Positions 48,411 to 61,600 of a stretch of 64,000 nucleotides of DNA are shown piece by piece. The notes under the pieces are model-generated. The model made no database searches. It worked only from the letters and a program-made list of their open reading frames with translations, and had not been told where the DNA came from. Position 1 is the first letter of the stretch; each line of letters opens with the position of its first letter. The position numbers were made by a program, and so were the translations under genes. This DNA is from Ostrea edulis (lineage: Eukaryota), in contig NC_079170.1 of assembly GCF_947568905.1 (NCBI RefSeq), forward strand, positions 53,010,001-53,074,000, given 5' to 3'.

Positions 48411-49722
48411 CAGTCAAAACTGCCATAGCGACCAACTGTATTAAGCGACTCACTGTCGTATGTGACCATAAAAAGTTCCCCCGAAGACGTTACTCTATAT
48501 ATTGTACCTGTATTAAACGACCACCTGTCTGACACGACCCACGACCATGATTTTGACAACCTTTTCGTGTATTTTCACGCAATTTTACCTCTATTCAACG
48601 ACTGTACATTTTTCGATTACATCGCGATTACTACTTTCGATTTTGGTTGAGCCGACTATTCTGGGAATTATCGCCCCTAACACTTTCGTTTTCAAATGCA
48701 CGACTATTCTGGGAATTATCGCCCCTAACACTTTCATTTTATAACGCATAGTTTGTCGGTGATCTTGTTTAGTAGGCTCTCTGAATTAATTATTATACTC
48801 AATCTGTCAACATGCAGGGTCGTGTGTGGGGAGTCAAGTCAACTCATACCCTGATTTGAAGGTGTGAATTTCGACAAACTTTAAGAAGTGCCGGGTACAC
48901 TAGATCGGAAATGAAAGTCTACCACTTGTTATACCATTATGTGAAAAATTTGCCCGATTGTGATATAAATCAGGTAAATATTGTGCTTAGAACTGAAATT
49001 TTAAACAGAGTATTCGCAGTTTTCCTGTATGAGATACTCGAGGTTTCCAGAATAATGACCGGAACTAGCGGCTCACTTCAACATGTCCCGAGTATTTGAC
49101 ACGTCCGAGTTCAAGAAAGTTGTCTGTATTATTTCAAAGCTTAAAAATTTTGCAGTGCATGTACAATGGATTTAGTTAATGTTTCTCAAATTGAATAACA
49201 TATTTGCAGCATGTACAGATGTACTGTACAAAAGGAGACGCAACACTTCACCATTTGCTTTCTTAATATCACAAGCATTGTATTTTTTAGTTACAGTGTA
49301 CAAGTAGGCTAATACATAAATACTCTTTACAACAAAGTGTTTATAAGTTTTAGAAAATTTACATGCAGTTCATCAATGAGATTTAAATCTCATGTAAATG
49401 TGTAATATGAAATGCATGTTTATCGTTCTTAAACAGATTAAATGTAATTTTTTATGAATAATAAATTATGATACAACACATTGCATTCTAAATTATTAAC
49501 TACAGTGTATTATTAATTCTATTTTACAACTATTTAAACCGTACTTGATATTCTTAATGATAAATTCCAAATACATGTAGTCATTTTCTCCATTGTACAA
49601 ATTATTTGCAAAATTTTATCAATTAACTGCGGAAAATAGGCAACCTGTATTAAGAGACCACCTGTCATATGTGACCTTTTTCCCATTCTCCGTTGGACGG
49701 TCTCTTAATACAGGTTTGACTG
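48411..49722. mobile_element. Tc1/mariner(pogo)-type non-autonomous element
   Basis: TA|cagtcaaaactgccatagcgacc ... ggtctcttaatacaggtttgactg|TA; contains a 35-bp direct duplication at 48653/48701. Confidence 0.75.
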
Positions 49723-49878
49723 TACTGCATTATTCTGATTGTAGTTTTTTTCTAGAATTATGGAAGCCCATTAATGTCAATGTGATAGTCAGTATTTACG
49801 TTTTTCCGAAGTACGGAAACCCATTTCAGCCATATTTCTAAATTCATGTGACTATATATGAGATTTTCTAAACAATTA

Positions 49879-50601
49879 CTTATGCCCCCTTTCAAAGAAG
49901 AGAGGAGGGGGGTTGGGTGCTTTACACTTGTCGGTCGGCAGACCACATGTTCGCTCAATTCACTTGATCGTTAGGATATTTCAAATGTTGGTTGGTTATG
50001 AGTAGAAGAGGACCCCTATTGATTTTTAAGTGAAAAGTCAGTCCATTCTGGATGTCATAGGAATATACTGTCCATTCAATATCTTGAGGACCCTTTGCTT
50101 GACAGACATCAAACTTGGTACACTGGTACATCATAAGGAGTAGATGACCCCTTATGATTCTAAGGTCATATGGTTAAAGGTCAAGGGTAAAAATGGACAT
50201 AGGAATATACTATCCACTCAATATCTCGATAACCCTTTGGTTGACGGACATCAAACGTGGAACACTGGTACATCTTAAGAAGTAGATGACCCCTATTGAT
50301 TTTCAGGTCACATGGTTAAAGATCATGGGTCAAACTGGACATAGTAATATATTGTCTCCTATATTTCAAGAATCAGTAGCTTGACTGACACCAAACTTGG
50401 TACACTGGTACATCCTATGGAATAGATGACTTCTATCTATTTTAGGTCACATGGTCAAAGGCCAAGGGTCAGTCCATTCTGGACATAGGAAGATATTGTC
50501 CACTCAACATCTTGACTTGCATTGGTTTGGTACTATTATCAATTAAATGATGCATGTGTATAACCGTTTACAATTTTGCACGACGTTGGGAGTGGGAGTA
50601 T
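49879..50601 (-). mobile_element. HINE/pearl-like element, same family as 58027-59555
   Basis: tatgccccctttcaaag at one end, cttgttt at the other, shared gacagacatcaaacttggtacactggtacatc cores. Confidence 0.8.
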
Positions 50602-52443
50602 TGTTGTATGTTTGTATTGTTTTACCAACATTTCTTGTTTTCTTTATTGTTTTGATGGTAGCATTTTATGACTAGTTGATGAATAAACTCTCAAAATATG
50701 CACAGATAGTCAGTACAGTAAAAACAGCGATGTTTCTTACAGATGTCAACTGCATAGTCATTGTAACATTGACTAAAGTTTGAGCTCAAGGAATTGATTT
50801 GCTAAACTTTTTTGTTGGATGGTATCTTCTTACAACCATTGTGGTGCTTATTTGAGGGGTTTCTGTTGTGATATAAAGTACTATATGACTACATAATGAT
50901 TTTCTTCCAATTCTTAGCATTTGTACATCATGGATTGTTTAGCACAATCATCAGTTAGCAATTACTCTTTACATCCATGTTGGATATGTACATGTAATTT
51001 AAATGGCAGTGGTCATGACTTAGTCAAATTTAGTCACCTTACACAGTTATGATGCATCAAAGTATAAATCCTGCTAAAAGAAGCGTGCATATGCGAACTC
51101 ACACACACAATGTTCGTCATCCTTGATTACTACTATCTTGTTCCTTTAAGATTACCTATTCCAGTTGACAATGAAGTGCGGGTCGACTCTCAGGCCCCTC
51201 AGGCCTTTGATTTATAATTCCGATCGGGCTTGGTTCAAATTAAATAATTCGTAATATTCTCTGAATTTTTACGATTTCATTTCAATTTCTTTTTAAAATA
51301 TATTTCATAATTGGCATGTTTTTTGAAGATTTTATCCGTAGATTTAATAAATATTAGCAAATAACGTTTTCAATTTTAATGAATATTTTTTTTATTTAAA
51401 AAATTAAAATGTCTGAGTCGTTTAGGCATGTTTTCTTAGATATTCATATTATGCATCAAATCACAGCGAAAGTTGGACACTAAAGTATCTTATTTGCAAA
51501 CAAAGTACCTCTTTTTTATCATTCCGGGATAAATCACAACAAATTCATAAATACTTGCATTGAGAGCTTGTTTCACTTTTTTGATGGTGAAATCATACTT
51601 CATAAGAGATGTTATAACGAGCCATTAAATAAAAAAATTGTGTAATGAGCAACCTTAAGAATACGTCTTGTTTTATACTGTTGCTGAATTTAGCTTAGAT
51701 ATTCAGAATAGGAAATGTATTCTAGATTCCATAGCCCTTGGGAGTAGTGATACTTTTTCACTAGTACTCAGGTGACCGTTAAGGTCTTTGGGCCTTTTGT
51801 TAAATATAATATTCTATGGAAAAAACCTACAACATTCGTACAACATACTTAACATGCAGTTCACTAACTCTAAATATCACCAAATTAACTTTATGCTTAG
51901 TAAGATTTCTTATATTAAATGTATAGCATTAAACTCTGAACTATTAATATAATAATTAAATCTTACCAGTCTGCATAACCCTATACAATATTACCATGAG
52001 TTACGTGCTTCAATCATGACGGTGTACGTAGGTATGGGGCGGACAGGTAAAAATGGTTTTAGTAGGTATGTGAACACAACTCACACACACACCCTCTCAT
52101 ACACTCTTTCTATTTCTAACCCGTCACGTGACATACAAACACAAAGGACATAAGACAACCTGAACAACAAGTAGGTGGATCCAAGATCCAACACTTGGCT
52201 ACCTGACAACGAATTGAATTCACATGTAAAAGTTTGAATAGATGAATATGTACTAAGAGTTAAAAACTTGCTATAGATGAGTAAGTAAATATTTAAAGTC
52301 GGCATTGTGTACAAATACATCAGGGACATAGAAACAAACATGAGCTCTACAGAGCTCTTAAACCTATTGGATAAATTAATAAATCCATCTTAATTCTAAT
52401 TAATGTACTGTAAGCCATGCTTTTTATGATGACATACTACACT

Positions 52444-52975
52444 TAAGATACAGATCTGTAGCTCTCTGGGAAAATATTGGGACAGACCAGAGAGCTACAG
52501 ATCGCCCTCTTATAAACAAAAAAGTCGCTTTAGAGGCCTTAAAATGATATCGTTACACTTTGTTTAAACTTGTACAATTGATGTCAATTCATAATAGAAA
52601 ACAAATCTGTAATCTGGGTAAATTTTTAAAAGGTGCTTTACTCTTACGATCTAGCCAAACTATCGTCTAATGTATATGCTGGTTTTTGTTGGTTTCTTTT
52701 TTATGTAAACTTATCTTATAACTCTCTTCACGTATGTCCATCCTCTAATATTCACTCCACTTTTCATACTGTATACATCTTTTTTGTTTATACTTTGTAA
52801 TTGAATATGTATTATGCTGATGAGCCGTAAGGCTTAAAGCCAATATACAATACAATGCAATACACTTACATCGCCGTCTCAAAAACTTAATATGAAAAAA
52901 TTACTAACATTTATCAATATACTTTATTTAAAGATACCTTAAGCTTTAAACATTCAATACAGCCCCATACAAACC
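52444..52975. mobile_element. copy of the left end of the 16007-16730 element, interrupted by a ~325-bp insert with a LINE tail (52540-52864)
   Basis: atctgtagctctctgggaaaatattgggacagaccagagagctacagat; gaggcctt / cttacatcgccgtctcaaaaa / acattcaatacagccccata are collinear with 16110-16215. Confidence 0.7.
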
Positions 52976-53089
52976 GAAAACTCAGTTTAAACGATTTCAT
53001 TGTTTTATTTATATTAAAATCGGATTTCTTGGATCCGCGCCGTATACTCTGCGCAAGAATGTTTGATTTTAATGAAATTGTTTTGAACA

Positions 53090-54150
53090 TTCGCTGAGTA
53101 CGGTCCAAAGACATCTGCAATGTAGCCGTTCGTTGTTGTTACCATGAAGGGTTTCACCAAATGGTGACCTTTTTTACAGAATAGGAGAGTCGTTGGAATT
53201 TATAAGAGGAACTGTTTTTAAATGTATATAGCACTAAATGGTAGTGTCTGAAATAGGATTTGAAGAGATGTTTCCAGAAATCTGTAGTGTGATTTGATTT
53301 TCTTTGATATTTTTTCTGGTTGTGTGGTCAAAACCACGCTAATGGGCCACAAATACAAATAGCTAATCTAGCACTGATTCCTGCCATTGGTCGCTTACAT
53401 GGAAAGCAATACAGCAATCCGTTTGATAAGCCGGCTTTCAATTTGAATAGAAAACTTTTAAGTTGCCTACCGCATTTCAAACTGTCCGACTTTTTTTGTA
53501 TTTCTCATTGATGTTACATGTGACACTAGGTCATCAAAACTGTATTTAGAAATCCCAGTTGTATTTAGAAATCCCAGTTGTATTTAGAAATCCCAGTTGA
53601 AGATATGCAATATTTATCATTGCGTTTATGAAAGGAACTCAAAGCCATGATACGTATTCGTTCGAATAAATCTTTTATTTCTCTTCAAGTTAATTCTGAG
53701 TTTTGATTCTTGTACATATGTATTATGTAAATTCAACATTTACTAAAGTATCTGGACGTTAGCTTACTAAATGCTTCCTACAACATGCGCTCCCGATAGG
53801 TATCAATAGATATATCTGTTCCGTGCTCCTTTGGTACAGTACAACTGCAAGATCTTTCCTTTCATTACAAAATACACATTTATTAGGTAGTTTTCCTGCA
53901 GGCGCAGGTGGAACTGATATCCCCGCAGATGTTGGGATATCTTTAGGGACACATTGTACTTTTTCTGTTACCTTTAATCTGTATTGTGACATATCCAATT
54001 TGATTAAGATCAGATCCTTTGATCCGCTCACGTAGATTGCTATGTGAGCGAATTAAAGGATCTGATTTCAATCAGATTGGTGTATATCCATAATTCTTTC
54101 CTTTAATTCCCTGATATATATTTACCTTGCTCTTACGCTGTTTTGGCATA
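53090..54150 (-). pseudogene. degraded DDE_Tnp_4-type (IS5-like: PIF/Harbinger-ISL2EU group) transposase
   Basis: CVFCNERK...IPIGSACCRKHL; TGISKYSFDDLVSHVTSMRNT; FLFKLKAGLSN; GFDHTTR; KFQRLSYSV-KGHHLVKPFMVTTTNGYIADVFGPYSA; multiple stops and frameshifts; 19-bp triplication at 53541-53597. Confidence 0.75.
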
Positions 54151-56319
54151 CACAGCTACCATGTCGTGCAGGTCAACCCGTGATCGAATTTTAGATCACG
54201 AACAAAATAATAACTTTGAAAAGATCCATTAAACATTCTGTACCAAGTTTATGATTACATTTTTATTTTTCAGTGAGTACAAAAAATATATTTTCAGCAT
54301 TTCAATATTAATTTCTACTTGATATAAACAAAATAAAAAAATCAAGAAAATATCATATAGATGATGAGAGGATCACTCATAACGTATCACCGTCAACAGC
54401 ACACCCCCCCCCCCCCCGAACCAGTACACTATGAAGTTACACAATGTGCCCCTTTAAATATACGTGTACAATATATGGCAAATGTGTTCGGACTTAGTTT
54501 ATGTAAATGACTATGTCGAAATGTTTAGTATTTTCAAATAGAGTGGATCTTTGTTCCATTATTTTGTAAGCGTAAAACGAAATATATTTACACGATATTT
54601 CAATATATATCACAATGATAAAATGAAGCGATGACCCACTCTGTAAAATAAATGAATTTCAACATTGTATCAAAAGCCAAACTATATATGGAAAGTAATT
54701 GGATTTATACCCCTACGCATACAGTAGTGTGCGTGCTCTAGATTATTATACATATGTAGTTGTGTCGTTATATATATATCGTTGTAAATAATATGTTTGG
54801 CTTCGTCTCTGATTCTTCCATTTATAATCATGCCGATGGCAGCACTTTTTCTTATTCCCATGAAAAAGCAGATGTTTAACGTCCTCCTTGGAAAACGATG
54901 ACCCATCCCTTATAAATTGGTTTCATCGCAATAACATGAATTCCAGGCCAATTGCACTAGAAAAGAAAGCTATAGGCTGATTTAAGGTATTCCATGTATA
55001 ATGAAAGGATAATGAACAATTTTGAAGGATTTAGATCAACATAAAACTTTATTGTTAAATAATGATGGAAGTGAAGCAGATGAAATTCACATGACTGGTA
55101 AATGATTAGAAGCTGACCTTTTTGCACTTAAGACTTTTTGGAAGAGTTGTCCGCCCTTTGTAAAAATAAGAAAAATCTAATTTTCTAAAAATGTGTGTGG
55201 TCAATGATTAATTTTATTTTATATTTTCATAAAAAGAAAGTGTATGTAACTTTCTACCAAGAGATTAATATGAATATATAATTTGTTTTTAAAATATTGT
55301 AATAAAAGATGCTTTTCCCATATACTTCAATGTTAAATTCTAGGTGAAATATATCAAGCAGTAAACAAAATTTAGAAAATTCCTACCGTGGGTTATTTTT
55401 ATTTGATGAACCCTTCAAAATGATACCATGATTACAAATATTCCACGATCCATTTATTAGATATGAAATATGGTCATTATACATTGAATACCTTAAACCG
55501 CTACAATACAACTCGACAATGTGCACGAATTTTAAACTGCTATAATACACCCCGACAATGTACACCGATTTCAAACATACATCGGACACGTTATACACCA
55601 TTTCATCCTATATATGTTTTATTGAATGACATTCAGTGTGAGACATTATCGTCTGCTGTTGTAACTTTAAAAGATTGGTCTTCAGGGAGAGGTGATTTAA
55701 ATGGACGGAGTTGAACTCTTTTACTACTTTCCGAAGTTCTTTACGTTGGGCATTAATGGGTTAATGATTCAATGGTATTAGTTTTCAATGTTGATGTGAT
55801 TTAAATGGAGTCTTCAGATTATTGCCACATGTCATTTTAAGCAATTTTAGTTTGCATGCTCTGGAATTAAACGTAACAGGTATAAGTACAAGAATTAAAT
55901 CAAGCATACAATACACTCCACTACTCCGTCATTGATCAAACTAAAAAAAAGTCAACACAAGAAGATTGAAAAATGTTAATACATGATATTCATGCAGGGT
56001 TATGAAAGAAAATATCTTCGTGATAGAGTTTTTGTGACCAGAATACCTTTCTGTATAGATTTCCATCTTTTCAACAAATAATGAAGGATAGTATTCCAAT
56101 TAGAGTCTAGCATGCGTGGAGGAAAATACGACTGTGGGTTTATCTATGACAAGCCATTTTACTATTTATTCAAAAAAGATAGAGAGCGCGATATCGATGT
56201 CTCTTTAACGTATAGCGATGTATCTCTTTGACATAGAGAAACGTCTCTTTAAGGTAGAGATATATCTCTTACACATAAAGAAATATTTATTCATAGATTA
56301 AACAGATATCGAGATATAA

Positions 56320-56535
56320 ACTTGATAAATATGTTGATGTTACAGGGTTTCAAAACCTTCTTTAAATTCACCATTTCGCAAATTATATGGTCATTGGAAT
56401 GATCTTGTTCGCAAATACATTTCACAAGGTCGAATGTTGTATGGCTATCGTTCGTTGGGTCGTTCTTTACATTCTGATTTTTTAATTACGGATTATTCCG
56501 TGTACCAAATCAAGATATAGGGTTCACGCAATCTG
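56320..56535 (+). mobile_element. old Naiad-like PLE fragment
   Basis: ttgatgttacagggttttcaa...cgcaaattatatggtc...caagatatagggttcacg. Confidence 0.6.
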
Positions 56536-57299
56536 ACTAAAGTATATTATAATATATATATAGGTCTGTACTTTATTCAGATTGGGGTTCTCAGCAATGT
56601 TTACTGATCCCATGAGTCAGGTTTTCATTTCATTGTGCCATTTATCGTTAGGCTACAATCTTAATCTGTACCTTTTTTACCACTATTTAGCGTTATTTGT
56701 TTTACCGGAATATTTGTTTTTCTTACTTTGTCACCTCGGGGGTACGATGCTGAAGTCGACTTCAAGCCTTCGACTGGCCGGGCTGCCAATTCTATCTAAC
56801 CCCTGCTAGGGTATCGTGGGGCACGGGTATATTCCTCTTAGTAAATCCAACCCTTGAGAACCACAAGGACAAGACACACAGAATGCGCCAACAACAGTGA
56901 ACATCCAAAATCCTCTAGGGTATGCGTACGAATCATTGACACCCCCCCCCCTGTTAATACACCAAACACATTCGAAGAATTTATTTATTTAGTAGGGCTG
57001 GGCTCTGTCTTAACTGGCTTAATATCATCCATGTTACCGGTAGCTGTATCACCCGTTGTCACAAGCATATATCAAATGTTCATCAGACACCCCACCCCTT
57101 AATTAATTCTATTGCATTCCAAGTTGATCGATTATAAAGCATACAATCATATCGGGTGTTAACTTTGCCCTGTTACTGGTGAGAGACCCAACCAATGCCC
57201 GTCTACACCTCCTCTTACTGATGATTCTCAGGGTAATACCACTCAACTCGAACACGCCAACAAAATGTGTCAGTTGACAGGTGAACAGACGTATTTCTG

Positions 57300-57772
57300 A
57301 TCCCTTGTCACATTTACATTGTGTGATTTAAAAGACGTAGAGGATGAGTTTCACTTTATTTTGAAATGTCCAAAATACCAAGAAATACGCAATTTATATA
57401 TCAAAAAGTATTATTTTAGACGTCCAAGCGTTTTCAAATTAATTAAATTATTAAGTGTACAAAATGTTAAAGAATTGCGAAACTTAGGAAAATTTTTATT
57501 ACTAGCAGAGAAAATAAGAAAGGATAATTCATAATTGTAATTACACCCCATTTCTTTTTCTCATTTAACACAATTTTTTCCCCTTCTATTTTTATTTTCA
57601 TACAACTCGCACGCAATCACCTATATTACAAATATTATCTTTTATACTTATATGTATGTGTATGCTGATCTATAGCTCTGATTATGTGTATGTTGTTCAC
57701 CTTATATTTCATTATGTATAAAATTGTATATCTGATGTGCCAGATGTCACAAAGAAATAAACTGAACTGAAC
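57300..57772 (+). mobile_element. CR1/L2-group LINE 3' end
   Basis: CDLKDVEDEFHFILKCPKYQEIRNLYIKKYY...LRNLGKF stop at 57534, T-rich 3' UTR, aataaa(ctgaa)n tail. Confidence 0.75.
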
Positions 57773-58026
57773 ATCGGCCCGCTCATGTCATTGCTACATG
57801 TATGTCAAACCTAGGTAGTGATTGCTTCTTGAATAAACTCTCTGCATTTTAATAAAAGTGAGAATCAGGTTTTTCAGATATGATCTTCAAAACGGGAGGT
57901 CCCGTGTCGCGACAGACGTTAGCACATTGAGGGGCCCTCGCTGCCACACCTCTGAGAGCTAAACATACAGTACCCGACCATAAGTAAGTTCTCACTATAT
58001 ATTTCATTGTAAAAACAATTTATATA

Positions 58027-59350
58027 AAAACAAGATATGTTTGTAAAACACATATGTCCCCCCCCCCCCCCCCCCCCCCCATGGTGCAAAATTGAAAAGG
58101 GTTATACACACACATCATTTAATTGAGAGTAGTATCATCAATTCAAAATATTGAGCAGACAATATTTTCCTATGTCAAGAGTGGATTGACCATGTGACCT
58201 AAAAATCAATAGGGGTCATCAACTCCTGAAGATGTACCAGTGTACCAAGTTTGATGTCTGTCAAGCAAAGGTTTCTCAAGATATTCAACAGACAGTATAT
58301 TCTTATGTCCAGTTTGACCCTTGACCTTTGACCATGTGACATCAAATTCATTAGTAGTCATCTTCTCCTGATGATGTACCAGTGTACCAAGTCTGATGTC
58401 TGTCAAGCAAAGGGTTCTCAAGATATTGAACAGACAGAATATTCCTATGTCCAGTTTGACCCTTGACCATGTGACCTCAAATTCAATAAGGGTAATCTTT
58501 TCCTGAAGATGTACCAGTGTACCATGTTTGAAGTATGTCAAGCAAAGGGTTCTCAAGATATTGACCGGACAGCATATTCCTATGTCCAATTTGACCCTTG
58601 ACCTTTGACCATGTGACCTCAAAATCAATATAGGTCATCTTCTTCTAAAGATATACCAGTGTACCAAGTTTGATGTCTGTCAAGCAAAGGATTCTTGAGA
58701 CATTTAGTGGTCAATATATTCCTATGTCCAGTTTGACCCTTGACCTTTGACCATGTGACCTCAAAATCAATAGGTGTCATTCTCTCCTGATGATGTACCA
58801 GTGTAACAAGTCTGACGTCTGTCAAGCAAAGGATTCTCAAGACATTGAGCGGACAGTATATTCCTATGTCCAGAGTAGATTGACCCTTGACCTTTAACCT
58901 TTTGACCTGAAAAACAATAGGGGTCCTCTTCTTTTTATAACCAACTCACATATGAAATATCATTACAATCAAGTGAATGGTTCTCAAGATATTGAGCGGA
59001 CAGCTCATTGTCTACCACATGGGGTTAAGACCAGCAGTTTGACCTTGACCTTTGACCACGTGACCTGAAAAGCCATAGGGATCATCTACTCTCTAAAGAA
59101 AGCCTCTGTATCAATTTTGGCTATTATCAAACAAAGGGGTAAAAAGATATTGAGCACACAACACATGGGCTTAAGACCAGAGGTTTGACCTTGACCTATG
59201 ACCATGTGATCTGAAGGTCAATAGCGATCATCTACTCTCCAAGGGCAACCCTTGTACCAAGTTTGGTAGTTATCATGCATAGGGGTCAAAAGTTATTGAG
59301 TGGACAACACATGGTTTACCACATGGGGTAAAGACCAGCAGTTTGACCTT

Positions 59351-59381
<31 letters not shown>

Positions 59382-59495
59382 AGGATCATCTACTCTCCAG
59401 GGGCAACCCCTGTACCGAGTTTGGTTGTTATCAAGCAAAGGGGTCGAAAGATATTGAGTGGACAACACATGGTCTACAGACCGACCGACCGACAG

Positions 59496-59526
<31 letters not shown>

Positions 59527-59555
59527 CCCCCCTCTTTTTCAAAGGGGGGCATAAA
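58027..59555 (+). mobile_element. HINE/pearl-like element with an expanded internal tandem array
   Basis: aacaagat start, subterminal atgtccccc/ggggggcata, about 10 core units (~120-130 bp, two subtypes), (GACC)n, terminal cccccc..aaagggggg hairpin. Confidence 0.85.
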
Positions 59556-60602
59556 AATTGTGATGTCAATTAAGTCCCAATTTTCATATCTTTTTCACTT
59601 ATCATGCAAAATTGTTCAAAGTTTCTTTTTCTATAATGCTAGGCAAATTGTGATATTATGATCATTGGGAATAGTTTATGAAATCATCAAGGCAAAATTT
59701 TCAATCTCAAAATACTATTATTTCTTAACATGCCGTAAAGTTTTAATTTTGCATTTGACATGTAATTTCACCGCAGCACCTACAGATAAAATTATATGAA
59801 AACTGTATTTTTAAAAAATATATCCATAAAAAATGCTGCAATAAGTTGGTGGGTTTTTTTTTTGTTTTTTTTCTTCAAAAAAGATGTTTTCAATGAAATA
59901 TATAGTGAATTTGTTTTGTAATGAGGTGGCCCATTGCACTGGTAGCCCCCAATCACCGCGTCCAGGGAATAAACATCTTGACAATTATGTGCATTGCACT
60001 TAATCACCAGGCATCTTGAATAAAGATGAATAGTTTTCTAGAAAAATTCTAACAAGGTAATTCTTTTCCAAAAAATGAAGACATAGAATATTGATTTTGC
60101 GTAGCATAAAATGTTCGTTATATTTTCTTTTATTTGCAGGACACTCTAACTCAATTTAATTATTCAAGGTAATTAGAGTGAATTTAAACCTCTGTCAGTA
60201 ATTCTAAAATACATTCGTTATTCAATTTAATGATAATCTTTTCATTAATGTCCGTTGACAATGGTTAGGACATGTACATGTAACTCGTACATGTTCTAAA
60301 TTCGCAAATTATTTAGAGTAGATTTGCGACTTGCAATATCAATTCACAATAAGAATTGATAAATAGTAAACAAAATAGAAAGAAAAAATCACTTTGTCAT
60401 TTCATTTATACCATACGTATAGATATGTACATATATTAAAGTTTTACATTATACGGCTTTAGAATATGGAGGAAAAAACGGTCGTATGTATGTAATCTAT
60501 TTAATTCCTTTTAATTATCGCTTTCTAATTATCTTTTATAAATAGAAAAGTACATGTAATATATAATGTCAAGTAATCATGCTGCACTTTCACTTTGTAT
60601 GA

Positions 60603-60790
60603 CATGAAAGGTGAAGGTGAACAGTGATCAATCTCATACTTCCTATAAGCAATACAAAATAGAAAGTTGGGCAAACACGGACCCCTGGACGTACCAGAGG
60701 TGGGAGCAAGTGCCAAGGAGGAGTAAGCATCCCCTGTCGACCTGTCACATCCGCCGTGAGTCCTATATCTTGATCAGGTAAACGGAGCCA
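60603..60790 (-). mobile_element. Naiad-like PLE 3' end
   Basis: shared 3' motif. Confidence 0.85.
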
Positions 60791-61600
60791 TGTAACACCA
60801 AACTTACAAGTATAATACACTTATTACATATGTAGCAGACAATCCGTCACCACTGGGGGTCAAGTGTCATGGTTGGTGTTTGTAGAATAAAGAGCCGTCA
60901 GTGCTACGGTCTTGAGCACAATGGCAAATTAAAAACTACTACTCGTGATGTCTCCATTCGAGTGGAAAAAATCTCGGCGGTGACGTAAAATTACACACAA
61001 ATAAAATAATTAAATAATACTTTCAAGAATATAGCATTTATTTTTGTGTTAGTACGCACTTCTACACTGTGTTTACAGATACTACCGATTAAAGAAAACG
61101 AATGTTTTGCGACTCATTGATTATTGAATGAAATTGTTCCTGTAAATGAGAAATGCACTAATAATGGACACTTCAAAGGTTTAAGACTATATTTTTCACC
61201 CGTAAAATATAGATCATATTTCTATATTATTCTTTGGTATATGTACATTGGAATATGTGTCACAATCACAATCTGGATATATTACCATCTTCTATATATA
61301 TTTCGTTGTCAGCACTGTTTACCATATCCGAATCATCAATGGTACAGACTACCAAATATTGTTTTGAATTTAATCACTCCATACCATTATCTTCCCACTA
61401 TTTTATTTCATAATCACATTGTTTTGGAAGTTTTCATCTAAATTTATCTGATTTCTGTAATTTTCAAGAATAATGCTATTTTCATCCCGACCCGACCATG
61501 GTACAAACTCTCTACACCATCGTCAGTAAACACGCTTTACAAGAAAACCACCATTTTTATCACTCAGTACAACAGTGTATTATTCTTGTTACCAATGTAT

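Noticed and set aside
52810-52850. Hammerhead-like CTGATGAG-CC-GTAA-GG-C (and its relative at 15045-15075)
   Set aside because: The required GAAA is absent (CTTAAAG), and the context fits a LINE 3' stem-loop with AATAAA/(CAATA)n.
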